In this document: positions 60,631-64,000 of the stretch, in pieces
How positions within the stretch are numbered: position 1 is the stretch's first letter
Layout of the letters: every line of letters begins with the position of its first letter
Assembly: GCF_009914755.1 (NCBI RefSeq)
Contig: NC_060941.1
Strand: one strand, 5' to 3'
Source of the DNA: the human T2T-CHM13v2.0 reference genome, Homo sapiens
DNA length: 64,000 nucleotides
Translations under genes and position numbers: made by a program
Notes under the pieces: model-generated
Database searches by the model: none
Told to the model about the DNA's origin: nothing
The model's input: the letters and a program-made list of their open reading frames with translations, nothing else

Positions 60631-62969
60631 AAAAAATTTTTTTAAAGGTTATTGCACCTAATTTCCTTACTTAACAGATGAGGGAACTGAGACCTGGAGA
60701 AGCTAAGCATCTTCACTGGAGAATAGACTGCTTGGAAACAGCCCAACGAGAAATAAGAACTTCTGATTGCTAATCCTATTATATACCACATTTCTAAAAT
60801 TCCTTGACCTAGTTTAGTGAATTCATGTAAGTTTGTTTTTCCCTACAATGTGTAAAAAATCTAATGTCATTCACTGAGATAACTCAAGATATTTGAGTCT
60901 CAATCTGAGAACTGACATAATATTTAGCATGCCATCTTTTGCTAAGTGTATTTTTATAAAATAAAATTATTGTGCCAATTTCCTCCCATTTTACCTCTCA
61001 CAAGTGGATAGTTCTAGAATCTTTTTAAACCCATTTCTAAGATCAAGGAGAGACCTGGAGACAATACTAAATTCTTGAGCAATATGAAAATTCTGCATCC
61101 AAGTATTAATCCTAAAGGATTCTAGGGAGAAGCTGGTCTGAGTCCATGTCCCTGATTTCTTCTGGGGAATAGCACAGGGGACAAATAAAATGGTGGCTAT
61201 TCTTATCTAATGCTCTCCAACATACCACCTCCAAACTTGTGGCTTAAAATAACAATATTTGTTTTCCTCTTGAATCTGCTATTTGGACAGGGCTCAGAGA
61301 ACAACCCATTTCTCTCGCATTCAACATGGGCTTAAATGCTGGGGCTGGTGTCATTTGGAGTTGTGTTCGCTCACCTGTCTGTCCATCTGTGCTGGCCATC
61401 AACTGGGACCTTAACTGGAGCTGATGGCTAAAGACCCTCATGTGGCCACGCCATGTGGCTTGGACTTCCTCACAGTATGGTGGTGGGGTTCCAGGACTGA
61501 GCATCCATGTCACCTACCCTGGGATGTCATTACTGTCACATTTTATTTGATGAAGCAGTCAAAAAGACCTTCCCTGGTTCAAGGGGTTAGAAATAAACTT
61601 CACCTCTCGATGGAGTGGTAGCAAGACTCTGGTGGTCATATGGGCTGGAAGTACTACTCTGGCAATTGTGAATGAGGCTGGGATTTCATCTAAAATGGCC
61701 AGAGATGCGACAGTGCTAAGCTTAGTTTTTCATTTGTGTGTATGATTTTTCTTTTCTTGTCTTCTTTGGCAACTGGTGTGAATTGAGAGGCCAGAGTGTT
61801 ACTCTCCTCAGGCTTAGGGTAGCCACTGTTGGTTTTGAAGGAGCTATTTGATACCGTCAACCACAAGAGATTCAGAGAAGGCTGAACTGGAGGTCTGAAT
61901 TACTCCTTGTGATTAGGACATGATGAGTATTTGCATCTAGTATTCTTCCAGTGCCTCACCTAACTCCGTCAACACCAGCCTACAAGAAATTGTATCTCCC
62001 ACCATCTGCTGTTGTTCTACCACTCAACACAAATATCTAACCTGTACAAGTACTGAGGGATCACACGACTGTGACTAGGCAGAGAAACATCACAGCTTGC
62101 TTAGGAAGTCTTAGTAACACGAAGTTATGAGCACAAACTCTAAACTAGAAAATATGGCAGCTATTGAAATAGAACTGAATAAGGAGAGAGAAGAGTACTT
62201 TAACAAAATGGAATAAGAAAGATAATTAGCATGCAAAAAAATAAAAGACTGTATGGAACTAAAAGCATTGTTTCCACAATATAAAAACTATTTTTTTCAG
62301 ATGTGCTAAAAGAAGATCACTGCTAAGAACATAATCACTATTCTGAAAGATGAAGGGGAAGAAATTCTTTTTCCCATAGAATAAAGACACTTAGAGACAT
62401 GTAGAGGAAAAAGATACGAAACTTGGAGGACAGATTCACTAGACTTAACATGAATAACAAGAGTGCCTCGAGGAGAAAAAGAGCTAGAGAGAAGAAGAAT
62501 AATAGTTAAATAAAAGTAGAAGAAAAGTTCTCTGAGTTGAAAAGTCAGGCAAGGTGAATGAATATTTCAAACTACATGTATAGACATTTCCTGGTGAAAT
62601 CCTAGAATTTTATGGATAAAGAGAAAGTTTTATGCATCTGGAGAGGCAGAATTAGAAGAATCAGACTAGTGCCAGATTTCTCATCACCAGCCCTAGAAAG
62701 TAGAAGAAGACAATAGAACAATATCTGTAGATGATTTATACAAAAAAAAATTGCAATACACAATTCTACATCAAGCTCAATAACCATTTTTTGTTTGCAA
62801 GTTTGACACATGAAGGCCTTGGAGTTTATTACTCTTGTAACTTATTAAGGGCATCATGGCCTAGAGTTTATTACTTGTGTAATTTCACTGGGGAAAACAA
62901 TTGGTAAAGTGTCAACATCAGTAGAAATCTCAACAAGCCGAAAGGTAAGAGGTCAGAAATCAGTAGTGA

Positions 62970-63273
<304 letters not shown>

Positions 63274-63360
63274 TCAGTAGTGAGCAGTGAATCTTGTGAT
63301 GAATATGTCATTTAGTATAAGGAGATGAGATTATTTTTACCAGGACTTTATACTGTATCG

Positions 63361-63442
63361 TAAGTAATGACTATTGCAGCGAAGTCATTACTTAATTACA
63401 AAGTAATGACTGTTGCAGCAAAGTCATTACTTAATGACAAAG
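63361..63442. repeat. Tandem duplication of a 39-bp unit that is itself a hairpin
   Basis: aagtaatgact-(10 nt)-agtcattacttaat(t/g)aca occurs twice. Confidence 0.92.
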
Positions 63443-64000
63443 ACAAACTGGAAGTGAAAACCCTAATAATAGCTTGAAGTCAAATCTCAACCAAACTCAA
63501 GAGTGGGGTGGGAGTTGGGGGTGGAAGACACTGGAAAAGTAAACATGTTCTAAATGTTTCCTCTAATGGATCAGGGGAGAAGACTGAGGAGGCAGAGTAG
63601 CTGGATAGGAGGACAGAATTATCTCTTACTAATATATTAGAGAAGAAGTTAAATTATGATTTTAGGGGTTGGAAGTTCCTGTATGAATTGAATTGAGATT
63701 TTAATCTCCTGGGTAAATTGCCCTACAACAGGGAGGTAGCTGATCCTCAGAAGGCAACTTACAGATCTGTATCTCATCGTCTGCCTTAATATTTTTGACC
63801 CTAAATGAATTGAGGTTATTTTGCTTGTAAGAGTTTTACCCGTAAGTTCTAACCTCAAAACACATAATCAGCACCCTGCCTTTGCACCCCACAGCATCAG
63901 CCTAGACCACAGTTGCCTAACTTCATGTGTGGCTGCATATCTGCTAAGAAGCCTTCACAGTGTAAGAGAGAGAGAGGAAAAAAAAAATCTACCCTCTTAA

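Noticed and set aside
63361-63442. CRISPR-like or MADE1 interpretation of the palindromic repeats
   Set aside because: Only two units, no unique spacers, and a eukaryotic context. The MADE1 terminal sequence (ttaggttggtgcaaa) is absent.

Overview
Primate (human-like) genomic DNA with no credible protein-coding exon, structural RNA gene, CpG island or CRISPR-like array. It reads as a repeat-rich intronic or intergenic region. It holds about 25 Alu copies (J, S and Y types), a near full-length THE1 MaLR provirus with both LTRs, many solo LTRs, old L1/L2/L3/MIR remnants and a few DNA transposons. Essentially all ORFs in the supplied track are Alu-, LTR- or L1-derived or chance ORFs. Most readable LTRs lie on the minus strand, which suggests (inference) an intron of a plus-strand gene that I cannot name. 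The structure not explained by ordinary TE annotation is a set of local copy events. (1) A ~570-bp non-TE inverted duplication at 10.6-12.5 kb is built from three templated pieces. (2) An ~850-bp segment at 14.0-14.9 kb was re-inserted 19.7 kb downstream with retrotransposition (TPRT) hallmarks. (3) A near-perfect 32-bp-stem, pre-miRNA-sized hairpin sits next to a second palindrome at 49.6 kb. (4) There are several smaller templated insertions. A few splice-signal candidates and a possibly conserved non-coding block are also flagged. I see no evidence of a new multi-gene system. Repeat subfamily names come from my recall of consensus sequences and need RepeatMasker/Dfam confirmation. Identities are estimated by eye.
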